DNA of 64,000 nt from Mayamaea pseudoterrestris. Lineage: Eukaryota. The DNA lies in contig BROI01000029.1 in assembly GCA_027923505.1 (NCBI GenBank), positions 1-64,000 of the forward strand, in the 5' to 3' direction. Position 1 is the stretch's first letter. Every line of letters starts with the position of its first letter. Both the position numbers and the translations under genes were made by a program. Below the pieces are notes generated by a model, which worked only from the letters and a program-made list of their open reading frames with translations, had not been told where the DNA came from and ran no database searches. Positions 33,415 to 45,671 of the stretch are shown piece by piece.

Positions 33415-34675
33415 ATGGTCACTACAGGCGAAGGAGACGTTTATGCCGTGACAGATAGTGGACTGGAATTGCGGGTTGATCCTACGAAGGCGCCAAAAGA
33501 ACCTTCAACACCAGAGGCATTTCTGCAAGATTTTAGGTGCGTCCTTTGGCTGTTTCTCGTTTGTGAGTCTGTCATGAAAAGCATTAACGATTCGCTGAAT
33601 AACATGAATTTTCAGCAACTCATTGCAGCTAAACATTTTGTCGCGTCCATCGGAGAATGAACTCGTCTTTGAGCTCATTCACGTGGACACGTCCTTTGCC
33701 AATGCTCTTCGAAGAATTCTCCTGGCAGAAGTTCCCACGGTGGCCCTGGAACACATTTACATGTGGAACAATACAAGCATCATTCACGACGAAGTCTTGA
33801 GTCATCGACTTGGATTGATTCCGTTTAACGTCGATGCGCGAATGCTGGACGAATGGGATTTGGACGACCCAGATGAGGCACCGACGGATCGAAACACTGT
33901 CGTCTTTCGATTGGCCGTGAGCTGTCAAAAGCCGCCGCGCAAGGGAAAGGAAGACGCGGAAATGGATGAAGATGTGAGCGACGTTGATGATGACGACATG
34001 GCTGGCAATCGCTCTGAACTTGTTGCAGCAGCCGCACAAGCGGCAGCATCGGCGCATCAACCTGTTCAATACCCTCACGATCGCCCATATACCAAGCACG
34101 TTTACAGCCGCGATTTGGTCTGGGTTCCACAGGGCGACCAAGAAGAACGATTTCGAGATTTGAACATTGGTCCAATTCACGGAGATATTTTGATCGCAAA
34201 GCTTCGACCTGGCCAAGCGATTGAACTCGAGGCGCATGGTCGGCGAGGTATCGGCAAGGATCATGCCAAATACTCACCCGTGGCGACGGCTTCCTATCGC
34301 CTCATGCCAAAGATTGAAATACTGGAACCAGTCTATGATGAGCTTGCCGACGAAATGGCGCACTTGTACGAGCCTGGCGTCTTTGATGTTGTTCCAACGA
34401 AATCAAAACAAGATCCAAAGGGCACGTCGCGCAAACTCAAGCTTGTCAATCCATATGCCTGCACTATGTCACGCAACTACCAGCGCAACCCACAGCTGGC
34501 CAAGTCTATACGCATGAGTCGAATTCCCGATCATTTTATATTTTCAGTTGAAAGTGTCGGCATGTACAAGCCGGGCGTTTTGGTGGCCGAAGCTTTGCGA
34601 GTGCTCAAGGCCAAGTGTCAAAAGGTCATGGACTTGGCGGATCAACGTGCTGTGAAAATGGAAGTCGATGCATGA
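33415..34675 (+). CDS. RPAC1: RNA polymerase I/III shared subunit AC40; exons 33415-33536, 33616-34675
   Basis: SFANALRRILLAEVPT, NNTSIIHDEVLSHRLGLIP, ILIAKLRPGQ, GIGKDHAKYSPVATASYRLMP, FIFSVESVG. Intron 33537-33615 (GT...TTTCAG) restores the frame. Confidence 0.93.
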
Positions 34676-34792
34676 ACGATTTTGCATTTGGTTTCGCCCT
34701 TACGTTCTCGAAGTAGTTTAGAATAGATTTCGATGACGTATAATTGTGTTTAACTGCGTTGTATCTCATACATTGTATAATCAATGCTCCCA

Positions 34793-36409
34793 TTACGCAT
34801 GGTATGGCATGGCAGTCAACCATTGCTTACCCTGCTCCTCCGTCATGAGCATACTGGAAGGGTAGTAGGTTTGCGCATCGAATCGGAAGTCGTCATCGCC
34901 GCCGAGCCAGTTTGGAATATGTTTCCGATCCACCACCGACTCTAACGCGTGCAGCAGCCTTGCTGGATCATGTGGCAATATAAATAACTTCTCTCTTACC
35001 TCCTTGGTCAGTAGTGGCTTGACAATATTTATGCAGAACTCGGCCGTCCGAGAAAAATTGACCAAAAAGACGGCTCCCAGGCGGTCCGGGTAATGATCCT
35101 GCAGCATGGTCACGGCTTGCTTAATGTAGGAAATGGATGGAAGACTTCCCCAGCTGCAGCCACGTGCATCCACCACAACGTTAAACTTGCCGACGCGGCC
35201 GTCACTCGCCGTCAATCCTTCCGCGACGGCGCGATCCGCCGCATTCAAAATGATTCGAAAATATGCCAAGGGATCATTGGCCTTGTGACGGCCAGCGCGA
35301 TTCCATATCATGGCATGGGCGCCTGGAGCATCTGCACTAGTTACTCGAGCAAGCCCTCGATGGTAGCAAAACCCTTGCGCATTTTCGGCAATGACACTAG
35401 GCGTAACCGCAAATGGCCGATAGACTCTTCGCCACTGCAGTGTGTGCGCAATCGATTGCTCTGCCGCCAATCCCCCCTTGGATTGTTGCTGCTGCGAAAG
35501 ACGAAACGGAAAGTGAACGCCCTTTGACAAGTCCGAATCGTCCTTCATGTGCGACCTCATGATGCGATAATAGGCAAACAAAAGACGACCGCCCAAAATG
35601 GAGTCGATTGGTTCGCCAGCGTTCTTTTTGACAGAATCAAACCATTCTACCGTTCCTCCCCATGGCACCGACGCGAGTTGCTCCCTCATTATATTATCAT
35701 TCTTGGCTGGCTTTCCATCCTTATCGTTCAACGTTGGTAACGGTTCCATGGCGAGGACACGTCGGCTAAAGTCTTGAACGACCTTGACATCAGCGTCGGC
35801 AATGACTCGAGGTTGCGAAAAGGCCGACGAATAGGACAAGATGGCGCTCTCCGGTGCATACGCATCATTGAGAGGCTGCTCTGGAACGGCAACAGCATGA
35901 TTGTTGCTGACGCTGCTGCTGCCGATTTGTTGTCTCGCTGGTTGGTCCGACTCGTCGTCAATCTCAATGACGTAGTCAGCCTCGCGCAGAGTACTGTGCG
36001 GCAAGACTTGCGCCAAGGTTTCCTTAATCTTCTTCTTGTCAGTCACTCGCTTAAGCCACATTTTGCTCTCGTGAAAGATATTCCTTTTGATTGGTAAATG
36101 CTGCTGATGCTGCTGCGGGACGAGTGAAGGCACGAGAGCGAGTCGATCGGTAGTTCTTGTTCGACTGCAGGCCGCAGTCGCTGCTTCACTAGCAGTGCTG
36201 TATCCAACGACGCTGGCTCCGTAGACGACAAGACTCACGTACAATACCAAGCAGACAACGGTTCGTGGAATGGACGCAGTCTGGACGCGTCTCGTCTTGC
36301 TTGACGACTGTTGCCGTCGAAGTAACTGCTGCAACGGAGGTGCTGCTGCGGCGGCGTTGGATTGATGGATGACGTTGCTCTTGGTTCCTCGCTTTCTCTG
36401 CCTATTCAT
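34793..36409 (-). CDS. CRAL-TRIO (Sec14-like) lipid-binding protein with N-terminal TM segment
   Basis: TLQWRR, FNVVVDARG, MLQDHYPDRLGAVFLVN, VKPLLTKEVREK, IPNWLGG. Confidence 0.88.
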   Translation of the reverse strand: MNRQRKRGTKSNVIHQSNAAAAAPPLQQLLRRQQSSSKTRRVQTASIPRTVVCLVLYVSLVVYGASVVGYSTASEAATAACSRTRTTDRLALVPSLVPQQHQQHLPIKRNIFHESKMWLKRVTDKKKIKETLAQVLPHSTLREADYVIEIDDESDQPARQQIGSSSVSNNHAVAVPEQPLNDAYAPESAILSYSSAFSQPRVIADADVKVVQDFSRRVLAMEPLPTLNDKDGKPAKNDNIMREQLASVPWGGTVEWFDSVKKNAGEPIDSILGGRLLFAYYRIMRSHMKDDSDLSKGVHFPFRLSQQQQSKGGLAAEQSIAHTLQWRRVYRPFAVTPSVIAENAQGFCYHRGLARVTSADAPGAHAMIWNRAGRHKANDPLAYFRIILNAADRAVAEGLTASDGRVGKFNVVVDARGCSWGSLPSISYIKQAVTMLQDHYPDRLGAVFLVNFSRTAEFCINIVKPLLTKEVREKLFILPHDPARLLHALESVVDRKHIPNWLGGDDDFRFDAQTYYPSSMLMTEEQGKQWLTAMPYHA

Positions 36410-36654
36410 GCTCCACTAAACACTTGATACAATCCAGATAGTCGACCTAGAGACTATCCAATGAGTAAAAAGTGAAGCTAGCAATCTCAATCGTCAGCTG
36501 TACAGTAACGACGACTAAAAGCTCTCGTGTCGGAGGGTGAAGCTCGTCAATCATGGAAGCGGCGCGGTTCCGTGGTTCTCGCCGAATTTGTTAGACGTCG
36601 CTGCGGTACTCCAAACGACACGCGTTCCGGTAGTTTCGTACCCCCATTATTTTT

Positions 36655-39600
36655 GTGCACCAGTCTATCTAGCATCCTATGAGCACCGGCATGGCCAAAC
36701 CCTTGTTCCATATGTTCATTTGGCGTGGTGAACCTCTCCATGGCATCCAAGTAGCTCAATGCCGGCGAGAAGAAAAATCCTTCTGAGCGCCACTTGAAGG
36801 GCCATCTGCCTAGAAGGCGCCACTGGTGCACCAATGGAGCATCAATGAGTACCTGCATGGCCAAACCATTGTCCTGTATGTTCATTTGGCATGGTGAAAC
36901 CCCTCCATGGCATCCAAGTAGCTCAGTGATGGTGAGAAGGAAAATCCTTCTAAGTGCCAGTTGAAGGGGCATCTGCCTAGAAGGTGCCACTGATGCACCA
37001 ATGGAGCATCCTATGAGCACCTGCATGGCCAAACCCTTGTCCTGTATGTTAATTTGGTGTGGTGAAACCCCTCCATGGCATCCAAGTAGCTCAGTGACAG
37101 TGAGAAGGAAAATCATTCTGAGCACCAGTTAAAGTGGCATCAGCTTAGAAGGTGCCTCTGGTGCACCAATGGAGCATCCTATGAGCACCTGCATGGCCAA
37201 ACCCTTGTCCCATATGTTTATTTGGCGTGGTGAAACCCCTCCATGGCATCCAAGTAGCTCAGTGATGGTGAGAAGGAAAATCCTTCTAAGTGCCAGTTGA
37301 AGGGGCATCTGCCTAGAAGGTGCCACTGATGCACCAATGGAGCATCCTATGAGCACCTGCATGGCCAAACCCTTGTCCTGTATGTTAATTTGGTGTGGTG
37401 AAACCCCTCCATGGCATCCAAGTAGCTCAGTGACGGTGAGAAGGAAAATCATTCTGAGCACCAGTTAAAGTGGCATCAGCTTAGAAGGTGCCTCTGGTGC
37501 ACCAATGGAGCATCCTATGAGCACCTGCATGGCCAAACCCTTGTCCCATATGTTTATTTGGCGTGGTGAAACCCCTCCATGGCATCCAAGTAGCTCAGTG
37601 ACAGCAAGAAGGAAAATCCTTCTGAGCGCCAGTTGAAGGGGCATCTGCCTAGAAGGCGCCACTGGTGCACCAATGGAGCATCCTATGAGCACCTGCATGG
37701 CCAAACCCTTGTCCTGTATGTTCATTTGGTGTGGTGAAACCCCTCCATGGCATCCAAGTAGCTCAGTGACGGCAAGAAGGAAAATCCTTCTGAGCGCCAG
37801 TTAAAGTGGCATCAGCCTAGAAGTGTGTGCCACTGGTGCCCCATGGAGCATCCTATGAGCACCTGCATGGCCAAACTCTTGTCCCATATGTTCCTTTGGC
37901 GTGGTGAAACCCCTCCATGGCATCCAAGTAGCTGAGTGATGGCGAGAAGGAAAATCCTTCTGAGTGCCAGTTCAAGGGCCATCTACCTAGAAGGCCTCAC
38001 TTGTGCACCAATGGAGCATCCTATGAGCACCTGCATGGCCAAACCCTTGTCCCGTATGTTCATTTGTCGTGTTGAAACCCTTCCATGGCATCCAAGTAGC
38101 TCAGTGACAGCGAGAAGGAAAAACCTTCTGAGCGCCACTTGTAGAAGCATCTGCTTAGAGGGCCCCACTGGTGCACCAATAAAGCATCCTATATGCACCT
38201 GCATGGCCAAATCCTTGTCCCATATGTTTCATTGGGAGTGGTTAAACCTTTCCATGGCATCCAAGTAGCTCAGTGATGGTGAGAAGGAAAATCCTTCTGA
38301 GTTCCAGTTGAAGGGCCATCTGTCTAGAAGGCACCACTGGTGCACCAATGGAGCATCCAATGAGCACCTGCATGGCCAAAGTCTTGTCCCATATGTTCAT
38401 TTGGTGTGGTGAAACCCCTCCATGGCATCCAAGTAGCTCAGTGACGGCGAGAAGGAAAATCCTTCTGAGCGCCAGTTGAAGGGGCATCTGCCTAGAAGGT
38501 GCCACTTGTGCACCAATGGAGCATCCTATGAGCACCTGCATGGCCAAACCCTTGTCCTGTATGTTAATTTGGTGTGGTGAAACCCCTCCATGGCATCCAA
38601 GTAGCTCAGTGACGGCAAGAAGGAAAATCATTCTGAGCACCAGTTAAAGTGGCATCAGCCTAGAAGGTGCCTCTGGTGCACCAATGGAGCATCCTATGAG
38701 CACCTGCATGGCCAAACCCTTGTCCCATATGTTCATTTGGCGTGGTGAAACCCATCCAAGTAGCTCAGTGACGGCGAGAAGGAAAATCCTTCTGAGTGCC
38801 AGTTCAAGGGCCATCTGCCTAGAAGGCCCCACTTGTGCACCAATGGAGCATCCTATGAGCACCTGCATGGCCAAATCCTTGTCCCGTATGTTCATTGGGC
38901 GTGGTGAAACCCCTCCATGGCATCCAAGTAGCTCAGTGACGGCGAGAAGGAAAATCCTTCTGAGCGCCAATTGAAGGGCCACCTGCCTAGAAGGCGCCAT
39001 TGGTGCACCAATGGAGCATCCTATGAGCACCTGCATGGCCAAACCCTTGTCCCGTATGTTTATTGGGAGTGGTGAAACCCCTCCATGGCATCCAAGTAGC
39101 TCAGTGATGGCGAGAAGGAAAATCCTTCTGAGCGCCACTTGTAGGGGCATCTGCCTAGAAGGCGCCACTGGTGCACCAATAAAGCATCCTATGAGCACCT
39201 GCATGGCCAAACCCTTGTTCCATATGTTCATTTGGCGTGATGAAACCCCTCAATGGCATCCAAGTAGCTCAGTGACAACGAAAAGGAAAATCCTTATGAG
39301 CGCTAGTTGAAGGGCCATCTGTCTAGAAGGCGCCATTGGTGCACCAATGGAGCATCCTATGAGCACCTGCATGGCCAAACCCTTGTCCCGTATGTTTATT
39401 GGGAGTGGTGAAACCCCTCCATGGCATCCAAGTAGCTCAGTGATGGCGAGAAGGAAAATCCTTCTGAGCGCCACTTGTAGGGGCATCTGCCTAGAAGGCG
39501 CCACTGGTGCACCAATAAAGCATCCTATGAGCACCTGCATGGCCAAACCCTTGTTCCATATGTTCATTTGGCGTGATGAAACCCCTCAATGGCATCCAAG

Positions 39601-40815
39601 TAGCTCAGTGACAACGAAAAGGAAAATCCTTATGAGCGCTAGTTGAAGGGCCATCTGTCTAGAAGGCGCCATTGGTGCACCAATGGAGCATCCTATGAGC
39701 ACCTGCATGGCCAAACTCTTGTCCCATATGTTCATTTGGCATGGTGAAACCCCTCCATGGCATCCAAGTAGTTCAGTGACGGTGAGGAGGAAAATCCTTC
39801 TGAGCGCCACTTGTAGAGCACCAATGGAGCATCCTATGAGCCCCTGCATGGCCAAATCCTTCTCCCATATGTTTATTTAGCATGGTGAAACCCCTCCTGG
39901 CATCCAAGTAGCTCAGTGATGGTGAGAAGGAAAATCCTACTGAATTCCAGTTAAAGGGTCATCTGCCCAGAAGGCACCACTGGTGTTGTGCACCAATAAA
40001 GCATCCTATGAGCACCTGCATGGCCAAACCCTTGTCCCATATGTTCATTTGGCATGGTGAAACCCCTCCATGGCATCCAAGTAGCTCAGTGATGGCGAGA
40101 AGGAAAATCCTTCTGAGCGCCACTTGTATGGTCATCTGCCTAGAAGGCGCCACTGGTGCACCAATGGAGCATCCAATGAGCACCTGCCTGGCCAATCCCA
40201 TGTCCCCTATGTTCATTTGGCGTAATGAAACCTTTCCATGGCACCCAAGTAGCTCAGTGACAGCGAGAAGGAAAAACCTTCTGAGCGCCACTTGAAGGGT
40301 CATCTGCCTACTAGGTGCCACTGGTGCACCATTGGAGCATCCAATGAGCATCTACATGGCCAAATCCTTGTCCCATATGTTCATTTGGTGTGGTGAAACC
40401 CCTCCATGGCATCCAAGAAGCACAGTGATGGTGAGAAGGAAAATCCTTCTGAGCGCCAATTGAAGGGCCGTCTGCCTAGAAGGCACCACTGGTGCACCAA
40501 TGGAGCATCCAATGAGCACCTGCATGGCCAAACTCTTGTCCCATATGTTCATTTGGTGTGGTGAAACCCCTCCATGACATCCAAGTAGCTCAGTGACGGC
40601 GAGAAGGAAAATCCTTCTGAGTGCCAATTAAAGGGCCGTCTGCCTAGAAGGCACCACTGGTGCACCAATGGAGCATCCAATGAGCACCTGCATGGCCAAA
40701 CCCTTGTCCTGTATGTTAATTTGGTGTGGTGAAACCCCTCCATGGCATCCAAGTAGCTCAGTGACGGCGAGAAGGAATTACCTCCTGAGCATTGCTGGAA
40801 GGGTCATCTGCTTGG
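36655..40815. repeat. Tandem satellite array B, 168-bp monomer, ~25 copies
   Basis: Anchor CATCCAAGTAGCTCAG (or variant) occurs 25 times between ~36745 and ~40746 at ~168-bp period, with a few internally deleted monomers. Confidence 0.97.
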
Positions 40816-40992
40816 GACGCCAAATTCAAAAAGGAAATGGAGCGCTTCACACGCCTCAACAAGGCCAGGCGCATCTTCATCAAGGAGGATCTAGTCAGCA
40901 AGCTCAAGGGCATTTGTGTGTTGGAACAGGTCAATTTTGATCTCGACTGCATCTTTTTCCTTTGGCGCGAGAACCCCAGCATTTTTGCCTGA
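40770..40992 (+). pseudogene. C-terminal remnant of a diatom LRR-family gene abutting satellite B
   Basis: Translation …EMERFTRLNKARRIFIKEDLVSKLKGICVLEQVNFDLDCIFFLWRENPSIFA* resembles, from memory, the LNxAGR…LDCLFxxLRENP C-terminal cap of diatom RNI-like LRR proteins. No upstream coding body is present. Confidence 0.5.
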
Positions 40993-41303
40993 TGGAATGG
41001 CCGTGGCGCAACATTCAACAACTACTGGCAGACGCTCAGATGTAAAGCAGCTAGTGAATGTCTTATTCTCTAGTATTACATGCCGATACTGCCTGCATCG
41101 TAAAGGAGTTCAATTTACTTTGCGAAAACTATGGTTGCTGACCGCGTGCGTAGCAAACGTCTTAGCGGTACCGAAATTGTCTTTTCATCAGCGCCTTGTT
41201 ACTGCGAGCCAATGCTGATGACGACCATGACGATCACTTCGTTGCCTCTCCATCGTCTGCTTGAAGTCGTTGCGCCAGCATAATCCCTTTATTCTTTTTT
41301 AAC

Positions 41304-42317
41304 ATGAGTTCCTCACCTCCTCCATCCCCATCTGCTGATTTGAGTGGCAATACGAGCATTATTGAGCAAGCTTTTGGAATAAACTGCAATCTTTACTCCG
41401 ACGTGCTCGATTGCGCCAAGGACGCAAGCAAGGCTGTCTTGCGCAAGTCATATTATCGAGCAGCTCTTGCTCACCATCCGGATCGCCATCAAAGTGAGAG
41501 TGACGATGAGTCATTGGAGTCACACAAGCAAAAGTTCCAAGCCATTAGCTTGACGTACCAAATCCTTTGCAATGATGAGCTTCGAGCCGAATACAACGAG
41601 ACTGGCGTCATTCCGGGACGAGACCATGACGAAGACATTGACTCCAAGGACTATTCAGCCTGGAAGGATTATTTCAGTAACATTTTTGGATCAGTAACTA
41701 CGTCAAAGATTGACGCTTTTGCCAGCAAGTACAAGTGCAGTGAGGAGGAGCGACGCGATGTTTTGAAGTTTTTTGTCAGTCGTAAGGGCAACTTGGTAAA
41801 GGTTTTGGAATGTGTCATGCTTAGCGAGCCACGGGATGTCAAGCGATGGGTGGAAGATTTTCTTGAGCCAGCCTTTTCGTCAGGTGAATTGGATGCTAGC
41901 AACTTGCGAACACCCATGGATAAGAGTTTGAAGCAGTGTTTGAAAATGGCAGAAAAGGAAAATCAAGAGGAAGATGAGGCAAACAAATTAGATGAAGAAT
42001 CTGATGATGATGACGGTGATGATGAAACCGAGACGGATGAGGATGATGTCAAGCGACCGACGCCGACTAAGAAAGCCAAGGCTTCACCGAAGAAGGGCCA
42101 CAAGACGCAGGCCAAGTCTTCCTCTCGGAAAAAGAATAGCGTAGGAGACATGGACAGCTTAGTGGCGGCAATTCGCAACAAGAAGCAGCAGACCGGTGGC
42201 GATGTCTTTGCAGACTTGGCCATGCGATATGGAGGAAAGCTTGACGAGGATCCGTTGTCGGATGAAGCATTTGCGAAGGCGCAAACTAAAATTAACAAGA
42301 AGCCTTGGCGAAAGTAA
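41304..42317 (+). CDS. DNAJC9: DnaJ subfamily C member 9-like co-chaperone
   Basis: J domain with HPD (AHHPDR), followed by WKDYF, YKCSEEERRDV and DSLVAAIRNK as in DNAJC9. Confidence 0.82.
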   Translation: MSSSPPPSPSADLSGNTSIIEQAFGINCNLYSDVLDCAKDASKAVLRKSYYRAALAHHPDRHQSESDDESLESHKQKFQAISLTYQILCNDELRAEYNETGVIPGRDHDEDIDSKDYSAWKDYFSNIFGSVTTSKIDAFASKYKCSEEERRDVLKFFVSRKGNLVKVLECVMLSEPRDVKRWVEDFLEPAFSSGELDASNLRTPMDKSLKQCLKMAEKENQEEDEANKLDEESDDDDGDDETETDEDDVKRPTPTKKAKASPKKGHKTQAKSSSRKKNSVGDMDSLVAAIRNKKQQTGGDVFADLAMRYGGKLDEDPLSDEAFAKAQTKINKKPWRK

Positions 42318-42367
42318 ACAGTGAAAGGCGCTATGATGCTTTATATAATCCTTTTATTACATCACCT

Positions 42368-44374
<2,007 letters not shown>

Positions 44375-45671
44375 TTAGATTTCTCATCTTCGCCAAGTGA
44401 CATCCTCTCGCTTTCAACTACAGGCACACATCAGAACACTGCTCTTACCCTGCCTTGTGCAATTAGTCTCCTGACGATGATGCAAGTGTAGTTGTTTAAG
44501 GAGAGCTCGGATGGATCTGAGATCGGATCAGTGAAGAGTCGCGCGGCTCGAGTGATGGCGCAACGTCATCGGATCAGTACCGGTACGAATCTCGCACCTT
44601 TCATCGAACCTATGGAAGCTTTTGACCTAATCTTGGCGGTGGTAAGAAGTATACATAGCATTCATGATCGTTGGTTTTGTTGGTATGTGCCGGAGTCTAC
44701 GAGAATGCGGCAAATGTGGTCTGCTTCAGAGTAGCTGCTTGCTTGAGCAGCTAGTTTAGCCTGTAGTTTCCCGAGCTTTCAAAACCATGTCGCTGAAAGT
44801 AACGAAATGAAAGGCCAAGCGAATCTGCCGCATCAAAGATGACCAGATGTTGTGATGTTACCCATCAAGCTATAATGTAGACTAATGGAGGGAACCTTCT
44901 TGCTAAACTTTGAACCCTTTTTGCTTACCAAACAGTCATTTTGGTCGACCGCTCAAGCCTCGTATCACATTGTACTTCCTCCGACATCTTTAGACTCTAC
45001 CGTACACTACTTCTGTATCTTGATTTGGGTATATATACTACTTGTAAATGGAAAAAGTGAGTGTATTGTTAGCGCAACAGTCGCCTTTGATACTTCGCCA
45101 TGCAGTCTTTCGTCTTTCAATCCCGAATCCTAGCTCGATGCGTCGTTCCGGTACTGAGAAACGGGGCGTTGGTTGTGGCGACGGACAGCGAGCAGTCTGC
45201 TTGCGACGAAAGCTCTCGGCCAGTTTAGCAAGGAATCTGAACGAGTAAGTTTTATCTGAATCGAAATGCTTCTACTAGAGACAGTAGTGGAGAGAGCCAG
45301 AGTATCCATGCTCCAGCAAAGTCAGAAACGGAGGGCTCGCCATGGTTTAGCGACACCGATCGAGGAGCGGTTCCGTTTCTCGTCACCGCCTTCCGGGTTA
45401 TCTTTGTTTCTATTTAAGCCTGCTTGTCGGAGGCATAAGTATTTGTCTCATTCAATCGCGCTTGGTGGGATTCTGCGTGTGTGCAGGCAGCATGGAACCA
45501 TGGGGATGGTAGCGGATGACTACGGCTGTGACTTGCTCGAATAATTTCTCAACCCTCTCTCTTTTGCTTGCACTACCTTACTGGATTAAATAGGGAGGTG
45601 GTAGAGACTGTACGAGGCCATAAAAATACTCCTGAAGCGAGGTAACAAAGCTTCACTGTCGTCTCGCAGCA

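Noticed and set aside
36547..40752. 56-aa repeat ORFs (LRRIFLLAVTELLGCHGGVSP…) as a real repeat protein
   Set aside because: Frequent stops and frameshifting indels. Variation follows CpG decay rather than codon position. The ORFs are by-products of a monomer length divisible by 3.
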